Shown here: piece by piece, positions 41,196 through 50,645 of the stretch
How positions within the stretch are numbered: position 1 is the stretch's first letter
Layout of the letters: each line of letters begins with the position of its first letter
Assembly: GCA_963788135.1 (NCBI GenBank)
Contig: CAWBFT010000049.1
Location: 318,546 to 382,545, forward strand
Direction of reading: 5' to 3'
Length of the DNA: 64,000 nt
DNA from: an uncultured Gammaproteobacteria bacterium
Lineage (GTDB): Bacteria > Pseudomonadota > Gammaproteobacteria > Methylococcales > Methylomonadaceae
Notes under the pieces: model-generated
Seen by the model: the letters and a program-made list of their open reading frames with translations, nothing else
What the model was told of the DNA's origin: nothing
Database searches by the model: none
Made by a program: the position numbers and the translations under genes

Positions 41196-42181
41196 TTACT
41201 CGGATTTGTGGATTATCTTTGGTATTCCAGTCAGTGCAGAACGATTAATGTCAACCATTATATTGTCAGGCAGAAAGCTTGATAGTGTCGGTTGAGGCTT
41301 GACAAATTTTAAAGTCATCCTGTCGCTTTCGCCGATGGCAAGATAAAAATCACGATCCTTTTCTTTTAATTTTAGGGTGGGCGGGAGCGTCCATACGCCT
41401 TCCGGGTAATCTTTGACGTCTTTGGGATTAGCGTTGATTTCGGATTTTGCCAAGAATTCAAACCCGGCATTTCTGGCTAAGGCGATCACGTAGTCTTCGT
41501 TAACATAACCTGATTTTGCGGTAGGGTTCTGGCGGTTTTCTGGCAGAGCCACGGTGCTCAACGACACCAAGAATACCCCCCGGTTTTAAGGCTTTAAACA
41601 TAGCGCTGAAAACCATTGCCGCCTGGTTGTTTTTCATCCAGTTATGCACGTTGCGGAAGGTTAGCACTCGGTCGGCTGTGCCCGTCAGGGGCGATTTTCA
41701 AATACTCAGGCGGTTGTAATGTTGTTATTTCGACTTTATCGTATAGGGATGGTTGGCTTTTAAGTTTTTCGTTAAATTTAGCCAGTTTCGCTTTCTGGTA
41801 AGAATTCTGCGTATCCGGAGAAAATTGTGCGGCATAGAATTTGCCTTTTTCCCTCAGAAATGGCGCCAGAATTTCGGTATACCAACCATCACCCGGCCAA
41901 ATTTCCACAACTGTCATAATGTCTTTGACGTCGAAAAAATTCAGGGTTTCTTCGGGGTGTCGGTATTGATCGCGGTGTTTGTTTTCTGGAGAACGGTGCG
42001 AGCCTTCAATTATTTGTTTTAATGTAGCAGGTGCGTTGCCAATTATTGGTGTGGGTGCAGCGGAAATAGATGTGGCGGCTTTTAGCTCATCAGCCTGCAA
42101 TGATGGAATTATTTGAATGCTAACAAGTAAAGCCAATAGTAATTTATACATATATTTTCTCGATGATGTCCAAGTTATCAA
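41196..42181 (-). pseudogene. Secreted class-I SAM-dependent methyltransferase, disrupted by a frameshift near 41650-41690
   Basis: Upstream ORF: signal peptide plus motif I (VVEIWPGDGWYTEILAPF). The downstream part continues only in another frame (TFRNVHNWMKNNQAAMVFSAMFKALKPGGVFLVSLSTVALPE, post-I/III motifs), which the ORF track splits into 41642..42181 and 41196..41570. Confidence 0.55.
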
Positions 42182-42200
42182 ATTCAGGCGTAGTTTTCGC

Positions 42201-42719
42201 CTAGCCTTCGCGATAATTCCAAAATTGTAGCAAACTTAAGGTTGCCAAACTTAAAAATGCAACGAGAGTCCAAGCGGGCATGCTGATGCCGAATAACGTC
42301 CAATCGACTTTGGCGCAATCGCCAGTGCCGCTTAACATTAACTTGATGGTTTCTGTGAGTGGAAAATTTTGCAATACGTAATCCAATCCAGGACCGCATT
42401 CAGGCACTTTATCCTCGGGCAGGTGCTGAATCCAGACATGTCTTGCCGAGACGGAACCGCCCGCCAAGGCAACAACAGCCCCCCAAATCGCATAACGCCT
42501 AGTGCCAATTAAGCCTGGGTTGTGAAGAAAAGCGATTAAAAAGCAAAAGCCAGTCAGAAAAATACCGATGCGTTGGGAAATACACAACGGGCAAGGTTCC
42601 AGTTTTTCTACAAACTGAAAATAATACGCTGCTCCCAAAAGCGTCACGCAGCCTAAAAAACCCAATAAAAACCAAATTCGGGCATTAAATCTTAATTTAT
42701 TTATCAAATTTTCTATCAT
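42201..42719 (-). CDS. dsbB: Disulfide bond formation protein B
   Basis: 172 aa, four TM helices. Cys pairs CPLC and C...C in periplasmic loops. Confidence 0.85.
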   Translation of the reverse strand: MIENLINKLRFNARIWFLLGFLGCVTLLGAAYYFQFVEKLEPCPLCISQRIGIFLTGFCFLIAFLHNPGLIGTRRYAIWGAVVALAGGSVSARHVWIQHLPEDKVPECGPGLDYVLQNFPLTETIKLMLSGTGDCAKVDWTLFGISMPAWTLVAFLSLATLSLLQFWNYREG

Positions 42720-43104
42720 TTTGGTTAATTTAAAACTAATGTTAAAGTCAAAGCTTTCATTATCTGATTGTAAACCTACAATGAGATTGAGTTCAGGTAA
42801 ATTTTACCAATCTCGATCCTTTATTATCCCGAAGAATTCGCTTCCATTTGGGCTGAGGGATTGTAATGGGTTAAGGGATTGTAAATGGCTACTGAAAAAT
42901 ATCACATTTTAAAAAATCAATTTTGTACTACATTTTTAATCCGTGATTCAATGAAATATCGTGCATTAACTGCATTTTTTGTGAGCGTTAAGGATATTAG
43001 GTGGTTTCTACTAAACTTACTTTTATTAAGTTGAATAGTTTCGTATTTTCCACTCCAGAAATTCATTTTTCGCATAGTAAAAATGTTACTTGGTAATTAA
43101 TTTT

Positions 43105-43851
43105 ATGAGCATACAAAACGATACGGCCATTAATAAACCAGTTATAAACCAGTATTCGGAATTAGATGTCATGATTCAGGCTTTGGCTTATCTCTCTATG
43201 GCGCGAGAAGGGGAGGGTGTAAACCATCTGAGGCGAATTCAAAGTTATATAAAAATTTTATCGAAATCGCTGAAATCGCACCCTCGTTTTGCAAGTTATC
43301 TGGAGTCAGACGAGGTTATCGATTCGCTTGCCAAGGCAGCTGCTTTGCATGATATTGGGAGCGTTGGTGTCCCTGACAGGATACTATTGAAACCGGGCAG
43401 GTTAACGACCGATGAATTTGATGTCATTAAAACGCATCCAAAAATCGGTTTAGATTTGATCTCGCAAGCTGAACAGGATACGGGGAAATCTGTGCCCATG
43501 TTAATTTATGCTAAAGAAATCATTTTTAATCATCACGAAAGATGGGATGGTAGTGGATATCCTGAAGGCATATTTGGGGATGAGATTCCGATTTCTGCTC
43601 GGCTTTTTATGGTGGCGGATGTCTACGATGCTTTGATTAGCCGAAGAGTATACAAAGCCCAAATGAACCATCAACAGGCGGTTAAGGTGATGTCGGACGG
43701 CAGAGCAACTCTATTTGATCCTGATGTTATTGATGTTTTCATTCAGGTGAATGAGGAATTTAGGCGAATTGCTTATTTATATGCCGACAATGAAAAAGAT
43801 TTCAAAAGGAAGATAGATTATTTAGAAAAAGCTATTGCGATAGAGCCTTAA
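43105..43851 (+). CDS. HD-GYP domain protein (cyclic-di-GMP phosphodiesterase-like)
   Basis: Metal-ligand motifs HD...H...HHERWDGSGYP...D. ATG at 43105 is preferred over the TTG at 43090. Confidence 0.8.
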   Translation: MSIQNDTAINKPVINQYSELDVMIQALAYLSMAREGEGVNHLRRIQSYIKILSKSLKSHPRFASYLESDEVIDSLAKAAALHDIGSVGVPDRILLKPGRLTTDEFDVIKTHPKIGLDLISQAEQDTGKSVPMLIYAKEIIFNHHERWDGSGYPEGIFGDEIPISARLFMVADVYDALISRRVYKAQMNHQQAVKVMSDGRATLFDPDVIDVFIQVNEEFRRIAYLYADNEKDFKRKIDYLEKAIAIEP

Positions 43852-44400
43852 AATCGTGGTCAATAAAATCTCTTTATTATGCCGAAACTTAAATATAAAC
43901 ATATTGAGCGGGAATCGCTTATGCAAATCAAAAATAGTCATGAAGTTAACAGGAGATTTAAGTTATGTAACTGAAATTGACAAGGTGTCATCATTGATAA
44001 CTTCCATTACAAGTTAGGAATGTTGGTGAATTCGCCTTTGATCGAAGCTCTTATTAATTAAGTATGTTTTATGTGCGCCAAGAATTGATAAAGTTGCTTT
44101 AATCAACTAAAAGTTTTTTTCACAGTAAATTAGATGTGGCTTTCCTTTCCGCCATGTGCTGTATTTAACTCACTTTTTTTGCTGTTTTTGACAATATCCG
44201 CAATTGTTAACAGCTTATATTTCCACTACTTCAATTCTCTTCAAATCTTGAACAGAGTTTCTAAAAATTTGTAAATAAGTATTCTTACGGATAGCTTAAG
44301 TATACCTTGCTGTTTGAATATATTAACGATAAAAGGAGAAAGCAAGTTTACTCCTTTTATTTCTTAATATTATTACAGTAGAAAGGGGAAACACAGCGCT

Positions 44401-45186
44401 ATGAAGATCTTTCCTGCAAGATTTATGTCGCCCGGATGCTTTATTAATCTGGTGCTGATGTCAGCTTTTTTCTTCACGACACAGGCGATAAGTCAACCTC
44501 TTCATGCCGCTGACGAGCAAAATACGGTAGAAATTGCTAAGAAGCCTCGCCTTTTAGACCCATTGTCCCCGAGCGAGCGCTCTCTTGCAGAACGGCTTGC
44601 CCAAAACGCTAATCGTTCAATGCGAGCAAGAATGATGTCGGAAAGTAAGCCTAGGCCAAAAGGATTGGAGGGTTTGGAAAATATGCAAACTCTCTATAGT
44701 CAACATCATAATGAAGACAAGAATTCCGATCCTTTATCGCGCAAAGCAGATGTTTTTTTATATGACTATTCGAATAACGAATCAATCCGGGTAGTGGTAG
44801 ATTTAAAAGATAATACCGTTCAAGACAGAGTTGTGACTAAAGGGGCCGTAAATCAACCCTTTTTTACTCAACGGGAAATAAATGCTGCGTTACAACTTAT
44901 TTTTGACCATCCTGACATGGGGTCTCGTCTCCGAAACGCTTACCGGAATGTATCTGGACAAGAACTTATAAATGTTAACCAGCTACAGGCAGAAGGTGGC
45001 ATCTATTTTACTGATCCCCGCACACCACTGGGTAGAATTACAGCCTCTTGTAAAGAGGATCGATGCATGCAGCTTTTTATACCCATTAATGACTCGAGTT
45101 TCATAGATACAAGTAACGTCATAGTCAATCTCTCAACGGGAGAAGTTATGTGGACTGATCAAGGCATATCTGAGCATACACACTAA
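44401..45186 (+). CDS. Secreted protein resembling copper amine oxidase N2/N3 domains only
   Basis: Signal peptide. VFLYDYSNNESIRVVVDLKDNTVQDRVVTKGAVNQPF matches the CuAO N3 domain pattern (...A.P.EGL...VDL....V..I.D.G.VP.P). Confidence 0.6.
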   Translation: MKIFPARFMSPGCFINLVLMSAFFFTTQAISQPLHAADEQNTVEIAKKPRLLDPLSPSERSLAERLAQNANRSMRARMMSESKPRPKGLEGLENMQTLYSQHHNEDKNSDPLSRKADVFLYDYSNNESIRVVVDLKDNTVQDRVVTKGAVNQPFFTQREINAALQLIFDHPDMGSRLRNAYRNVSGQELINVNQLQAEGGIYFTDPRTPLGRITASCKEDRCMQLFIPINDSSFIDTSNVIVNLSTGEVMWTDQGISEHTH

Positions 45187-45209
45187 TTAAATCTAGGAAA
45201 GTATATAAA

Positions 45210-46385
45210 ATGAGCATGTCGTACAAAAGAACGGTAAAAAATTTTAGTGCTGTAATACTCGTAATTCTGGGTGTTAGTGTTACACAAGCAGCTACGTGTA
45301 TTAATCCATCACCCAAATCTGTAGATTGCCAAATGACAAAGGGTGCTCGTTGGGAGTTTACTTGGGCTAATGATGTCAAAAAGGGCCTAGTATTGAGTGG
45401 GATAACCCTTACGGCAAAATCAGGGGCGCCCAGGACACTCATTCTTCAAGAAGCATCCTTAGCGCAACTGCTTGTGTCTTATGATAACAATAGCGGCAAT
45501 CAACACTATGCGAGTGATTCGGGACTAGCTTTAACCCCTTTAGCGGTTAAGGACTGTCCACTCCCCGGCAAATTATTACCAAATAATGGAGTCAATAGTG
45601 CGCTCTTATGTCAGATGATAATTCCACGTGGTTACGCTTGGCGCGGATCAGGACAAATTCAAGGAGAAAGTCTGATTTTATTTGGGGTGAGTGCGGTTGG
45701 TGGGGATACTTATATAAGCCAGTGGATATTCAACGATGATGGCTCTATCCAAATTAGGCTTGGCGTAAGCGGTCAGGTTGATCCATCACGTGACTCCTCT
45801 GCTGCTACAGGTTGGCCGATTGGTATTCCTGGATCGGCTCGTTACGCGACAAACCGTTATCATACCGCTTATTGGCGTCTTGATTTTGCCATAGGGGGAC
45901 AAGATAACGACTTATTTCAGCAGCTGGATTATGCCGGTTTACCATTTTTTGGATACATTAGAACTCAAACAATCACCGATAGATTGATTGAAGGTCAATT
46001 TAAGTATTCACCAGAAGGTCAGCGGTTTTGGATAATTAAAGATAAGGCAATTAGCAATTTAGCAAATGGACAGAAAATAGCTTTCCAAATAGTGCCGCAT
46101 CAAACATCTATGCATCGTGGTGGCGATGCCTTCACCAACTTTGATGTTTATGTTACCCAAAACAAAGCTTGTGAACAATTTGCTTCACATAATCCGACTA
46201 CAAGCGGTTGTGGGGTCGGTTTGCCTCAGTTTGTTAATGGAGAAGCTATCAGTGATCCTGTAGTTTGGGCTGGTTCTACTTGGCATCAAGTGCCACGCGC
46301 TGAAGATGAAGCCGATATTCAGACTCATTGGCAAGGGATCGTTATTGCGCCTCGTGATTTAACCGACACATCTCCCTTTAACTAA
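45210..46385 (+). CDS. Secreted copper amine oxidase catalytic-domain homologue lacking the TPQ consensus (probable pseudo-enzyme)
   Basis: Aligns to the CuAO catalytic domain: SAVGGDTYISQWIFNDDGSIQIRLGVSGQ (cf. VGNYDYIFDWIFHENGTIGIDAGATG), YHTAYWRLDFAIGG (cf. HQHIYNFRLDLDVDG), WHQVPRAEDE (cf. HVARAEEWP). N-Y-D is replaced by G-D-T, and the first His of HxH by R-Y. Confidence 0.7.
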   Translation: MSMSYKRTVKNFSAVILVILGVSVTQAATCINPSPKSVDCQMTKGARWEFTWANDVKKGLVLSGITLTAKSGAPRTLILQEASLAQLLVSYDNNSGNQHYASDSGLALTPLAVKDCPLPGKLLPNNGVNSALLCQMIIPRGYAWRGSGQIQGESLILFGVSAVGGDTYISQWIFNDDGSIQIRLGVSGQVDPSRDSSAATGWPIGIPGSARYATNRYHTAYWRLDFAIGGQDNDLFQQLDYAGLPFFGYIRTQTITDRLIEGQFKYSPEGQRFWIIKDKAISNLANGQKIAFQIVPHQTSMHRGGDAFTNFDVYVTQNKACEQFASHNPTTSGCGVGLPQFVNGEAISDPVVWAGSTWHQVPRAEDEADIQTHWQGIVIAPRDLTDTSPFN

Positions 46386-46402
46386 GTAACGGGCAATACA
46401 AG

Positions 46403-48316
46403 ATGAAATCGTTTTCTCTTTTTGAGTCATTCATTATCCAAACCGTCTCCTCGATCTTTTGCGCGGTTTTATTTTTGCTGTCTGTACAAAATGTGTTAGC
46501 ACAGACAACAGAAACGCTGGGTTGCTCGACTGAATACCAAATCGTACAAACTTTTGCTAATTCGGCTAAGTGGGAAATGTGTTGGGAGCCAAGAGCAGGG
46601 TATGGCTACCGTATAACGCAGGTCATTTATACGCCTCCGCATGGTATTCGAAGAAAAGTACTCGGTTCAATGCATCTAGCGCAATTATTTGTTCCATATG
46701 ATGAGAATGGCGCTCGATATCACGACATCGGTTTCGGTAAAAATCTGGAGTTGCTTACCCCAGCCGAATGCCCGGAAGGAAATTTGCAAACAAATCATAC
46801 GTTATGTTTGGTGCATCGCCCGACGGGATATTTTTATAAGAATGTGAGTATTGGAGAGTCGAGCCAGGGTGACAGCTTTGCTGTTTTCGGCTATATCGCC
46901 TTTAGCAGTTACAAGTACATTTTGCAGTACACATTTTTTGATGACGGCACGATAGAGCCGTCAGTCGGTGCCACAGGCAGTTTAGCTCGTTTTGCAGGGA
47001 CAGCGAGAACTGGTTGGCCAATTGGTAAACCCATTCAAATGGCCGTGAGTCACAACCATCTTCTCATTTGGCGAATGGATTTCGATCTTGATGGTAATTC
47101 AAATAATCGAGTTGAGAGAGTGAGCTTTACAAATACTGGCGGTGACGGGCGAAGTATGTCGGTAACGCCTCTTACAGTTGAAGCAAAAGAGGTCAATAGC
47201 CTTGCGAATGCCACGTTTTGGCGGGTTGTTAATACTGCCCAAAAAAATGCCGACGGACGCAATATCTCCTACGAAATTGAACCTAGTGTTACCGATTTAC
47301 TCCGCGCGCCAGAGGATTTTACTCAAAATGACTTTTACTTAACCCAGTATAAATCTACGGAAGAAATAGTCGATTCCGGCCTTGTCAGTTTTGTTGGCGA
47401 CGAAGTGATTACTGATCCTGTATTGTGGTATGGGGTAAACTTCCATCATGTTCCGCGTGCCGAGGATGATATTAAGATGCCTGTTCACTGGCAAGGCTTT
47501 CGCTTACGTCCGAGGGATGTAACTACGTCCAAGGCCGTTGTTACGAATTATGTGCCGGTCATCATAAATCCTGGGGCGCAAACGAGCGGCGTGAATAGCA
47601 ATGTGAGTATGCAAATCAAGGCAACCGATGCAAACGCTGGAGATATTTTGAAGTATAGTGCAACTGGATTGCCGACAGGGTTGAGTATCAATGCTGCCAC
47701 TGGCTTGATCAGTGGCAAAGTTCCAACTGTTGCTGGTGTTTATACAACTCAGGTATCCGTTAGTGATAGTCATCCGGGGGGGGCGGTCAGTGTCAATTTT
47801 ATTTGGACAATTAGCGCCGTGATGTCCAGTAACACACCGCCGGATATCATTAATCCCAATGCCCAGACAAGCGGAGTAAATAGCCCTGTAAGTATGCAAA
47901 TAAAAGCGACCGATGCAAATGCAAGGGATGTTTTAAATTATAGTGCTACCGGATTGCCGACAGGTTTGAGCATAAATAGTAACACCGGCTTGATTAGCGG
48001 TACTACGCCGGTTATTGCTGGCAATTATGCTGCCCAAGTAACTGTGAGTGATGGTCATCCGAATGGTATTTCCAAAATTAGCTTCCCTTGGACTATAACG
48101 GCGGGCGGTGTTTCTCAAACTCAGACATTCACTTCTCCTGATGTTATCACCATTCCAAATAAGGGAGACGCTTCACCGTATCCAGTAAATGTAAATGTTA
48201 ACGGAATGACGGGTTTTGTTAGCAAAGTAATCTTAACTTTGAATGGCTTAACCCACAGCTATCCGGCTGACATTGATATGCTGTTAGTTGGTCCGGGGGG
48301 CAGAAGGCAATACTGA
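46403..48316 (+). CDS. Secreted CuAO catalytic-domain homologue fused to Ig-like (He_PIG / dystroglycan-type cadherin-like) repeats and a proprotein-convertase P-domain. Terminates inside the P-domain at a poly-G frameshift.
   Basis: Catalytic Asp (YHDIGFG), Tyr in S-Y-K at the TPQ position, HNHLLIWRMDFDLDG and FHHVPRAEDD all present. Two repeats of INPGAQTSGVNS.VSMQIKATDANAGD.LKYSATGLPTGLSIN..TGLISG. P-domain start ...YPADIDMLLVGPGG, then a stop. Confidence 0.7.
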   Translation: MKSFSLFESFIIQTVSSIFCAVLFLLSVQNVLAQTTETLGCSTEYQIVQTFANSAKWEMCWEPRAGYGYRITQVIYTPPHGIRRKVLGSMHLAQLFVPYDENGARYHDIGFGKNLELLTPAECPEGNLQTNHTLCLVHRPTGYFYKNVSIGESSQGDSFAVFGYIAFSSYKYILQYTFFDDGTIEPSVGATGSLARFAGTARTGWPIGKPIQMAVSHNHLLIWRMDFDLDGNSNNRVERVSFTNTGGDGRSMSVTPLTVEAKEVNSLANATFWRVVNTAQKNADGRNISYEIEPSVTDLLRAPEDFTQNDFYLTQYKSTEEIVDSGLVSFVGDEVITDPVLWYGVNFHHVPRAEDDIKMPVHWQGFRLRPRDVTTSKAVVTNYVPVIINPGAQTSGVNSNVSMQIKATDANAGDILKYSATGLPTGLSINAATGLISGKVPTVAGVYTTQVSVSDSHPGGAVSVNFIWTISAVMSSNTPPDIINPNAQTSGVNSPVSMQIKATDANARDVLNYSATGLPTGLSINSNTGLISGTTPVIAGNYAAQVTVSDGHPNGISKISFPWTITAGGVSQTQTFTSPDVITIPNKGDASPYPVNVNVNGMTGFVSKVILTLNGLTHSYPADIDMLLVGPGGRRQY

Positions 48317-49422
48317 TGTCTGACACTGGTAGTACAACCCCCATTAATGCTATTTCGTTAACATTTGATGCTGCATCAGCCTCATTGTTGCCTCAGAGCA
48401 CAGTGATAAGTACTGGGGTCTATAAGCCTACGGATTACGCATTAGGCTATATTGATAGCTTTCCATCTCCCGCACCAACAGGCTCATATCAAGCTGATCT
48501 GAGTGTTTTTAATGGGGTTTCACCCAATGGAATATGGAAAGTTTATGTATTCGATGATTTAGGCGGCGATTTCGGAAAAATACAAAATGGGGTATCTCTA
48601 ACCATTACCACAGGCGGTAATACTACAGATACTAACACTCCACCTGTTATCACCAGTCCCGGTGCGCAAACAAGCATAATGAATAGGAGTGTAAGCCTGC
48701 AAATAAAAGCGACAGATGCAAACGCTGGAGATGTTTTAAAATATAGTGCTACCGGATTGCCGCCAAATCTAAGCATCAATGCCACTACAGGCTTGATCAG
48801 CGGGACTGCAACCACTGTTACTGGCAATTATACTGCCCAGATAACTGTGAGTGATGGTCATCCGAATGGTATTTCCAAAGTTAGCTTCCCTTGGAAAATA
48901 ACGGCGGGCAGTGCATTCCAAACCCAGACATTCACATCACCTGACGCTATCATTATTCCAAATATGGGAGCAGCTTCCCCATATCCAGCAAATGTAAGTG
49001 TTAACGGAATGACGGGCTCTGTTAACAAAGTATCTTTAACTTTGAATGGCTTATCCCATGTTTATCCGGCCGATCTCGATATTCTGTTGGTTGGTCCGGG
49101 AGGGCAGAAGTCGTTGCTGATGTCTGATGCTGGGGATACAAAACCCATTAATGCTATTTCGTTAACATTTGATGCCGCATCTGCTGCGGCTCTGCCTCAG
49201 AGCGCAGTGATAAAATCTGGTGTCTATAAGCCCACGGATTACGCCATTGGCCCTGCAGACAGCTTTCCAGTGCCCGCACCAATAGGTCCATATCAAACTG
49301 ATCTGAGTGTTTTTAATGGAGCCTCACCCAATGGAATCTGGAAAGTTTATGTATTCGATGATGTAGGCGGCGATTTCGGCAAAATACAAAATGGAATTTC
49401 ACTTAAGATTTCTACTCAATAG
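48316..49422 (+). CDS. Ig-like (He_PIG) plus P-domain repeat protein. Most likely the frameshifted continuation of the preceding CuAO-like gene.
   Basis: Begins with the second half of a P-domain, then one He_PIG repeat and one complete P-domain (ADLDILLVGPGGQKSLLMSDAGDTKPINAISLTFDAAS...GIWKVYVFDDVGGDFGKIQNGISLKI). Start overlaps the upstream stop (TGATG). Confidence 0.65.
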   Translation: MSDTGSTTPINAISLTFDAASASLLPQSTVISTGVYKPTDYALGYIDSFPSPAPTGSYQADLSVFNGVSPNGIWKVYVFDDLGGDFGKIQNGVSLTITTGGNTTDTNTPPVITSPGAQTSIMNRSVSLQIKATDANAGDVLKYSATGLPPNLSINATTGLISGTATTVTGNYTAQITVSDGHPNGISKVSFPWKITAGSAFQTQTFTSPDAIIIPNMGAASPYPANVSVNGMTGSVNKVSLTLNGLSHVYPADLDILLVGPGGQKSLLMSDAGDTKPINAISLTFDAASAAALPQSAVIKSGVYKPTDYAIGPADSFPVPAPIGPYQTDLSVFNGASPNGIWKVYVFDDVGGDFGKIQNGISLKISTQ

Positions 49423-49820
49423 ATAACAAAAGATTGATTTGGTGATGGCTAGGTGTCTTTTTTTTGTCCCTAGCCTTCTCTGCTCCTTCTGTTCTATTAT
49501 CCTTGTGTCTGCTTTCTTTGGGGAGTAAATCCTAAGATTGGAAGTATCAAAATTGATGCCGGCGATTAGAAAAATTCTCGGGATGATTATCGAATCAGGT
49601 GGTTTTCCTAAAAACTCGCCAGTAGTGCAAATTATTTGATTGTTATTTAATGTCTCTTTAAGCTAGACATCTTTAGCAAATAGTTAAAGATCTTGAATGT
49701 AAGAATTTCTAGGGTTGTTTACAGTATTTTGGGAAATACCGTAGATGAACATACATAAACAGCGTTTTACCGTGCTGGACAGAAAAGAAACCTGGCAGCT
49801 TTAAAACCCGCATCTGGAAA

Positions 49821-50270
49821 ATGACGCATTTGGCGGAACGCTTCAGGGTCTCAAGGCCAACGATCTATGCCATCCTCAAGCGGGCAAGGTTACAAGAATT
49901 TAAGCCCCGGGACAGCCAACCCATGCTTCAAGCCCCTCCAATTTGGCCTTAAACGCCTCGTCAAAGTTGACCAAGAGCGCCTTAAACGCAGAGCTAGACC
50001 CTACAACAAGTCTTATCCGGGCGAACTCGTCCACTTAGATACCAAGCGCCTGCCGCTGCTCAAAGGCCAATCACCCGCCCAGCCCAGGGAATACTTGTTC
50101 GTCGCTATGGACGACTTCTCCCGCGAGCTTTACGCCGGCATCCTGCCGGACAAGGCCCAAGACAGCGTCGCCCAATTTTTGGTCGGCAACGTCATTGCCC
50201 AATGCCCTTACCAGATCGACTACGCTTACTCCGACAACGGCAAGGAGTACCGGGGTACTGACAACCATGC
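49821..50270 (+). pseudogene. IS481-family transposase remnant (HTH and DDE integrase core fragments in different frames, C-terminus missing)
   Basis: MTHLAERFRVSRPTIYAILKRA (HTH), then in another frame LVHLDTKRLP...YLFVAMDDFSRELYAGILPDK...AYSDNGKEYRG (rve DDE core). Confidence 0.5.
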
Positions 50271-50645
50271 TTTAGCATCTCATTCTTGGTCCCGTCGCTT
50301 TTGTGCTTCACTTTCTTGGTCGCCAAGTCGCTGTAAAGGAAAGGCTTGCGAACCAATTCAAACGCCACCGGCAACGACACGCCGCCAACATGGTAAAGGC
50401 AGTTGAGGATATTGATGCCCTTGACCGTACAGTTCTTGGTGTGGTCAAAGTATTAGCACACCAGTTCGTTCTCGTCGGTATAGGGCTTTTCCTGGATCGT
50501 GTCGTCAAAGATCAATACGCCATCCTCCTGTTCGATCTCACGCACCGTCTTTTTGACGTGCCGCCATAATATTTTTGAGTCATAGTCGTCCCGGTTCAAA
50601 AATCGAGTCACTTGGTCGTGGCTTAACGCCCCGTCTAGCTGGCTT
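50271..50645 (-). pseudogene. IS4-like DDE transposase fragment abutting the IS481-like remnant
   Basis: Minus-strand reading ...EDGVLIFDDTIQEKPYTDENELVC(stop)YFDHTKNCTVKGINILNCLYHVGGVSLPVAFELV. Approximate limits. Confidence 0.35.

Noticed and set aside
50270-50406. C-terminal 45 aa of the ORF-track 179-aa plus ORF (…LASHSWSRRFCASLSWSPSRCKGKACEPIQTPPATTRRQHGKGS)
   Set aside because: The IS481-like homology ends at SDNGKEYRG. The remainder is antisense to the IS4-like fragment and is read-through rather than real coding sequence.
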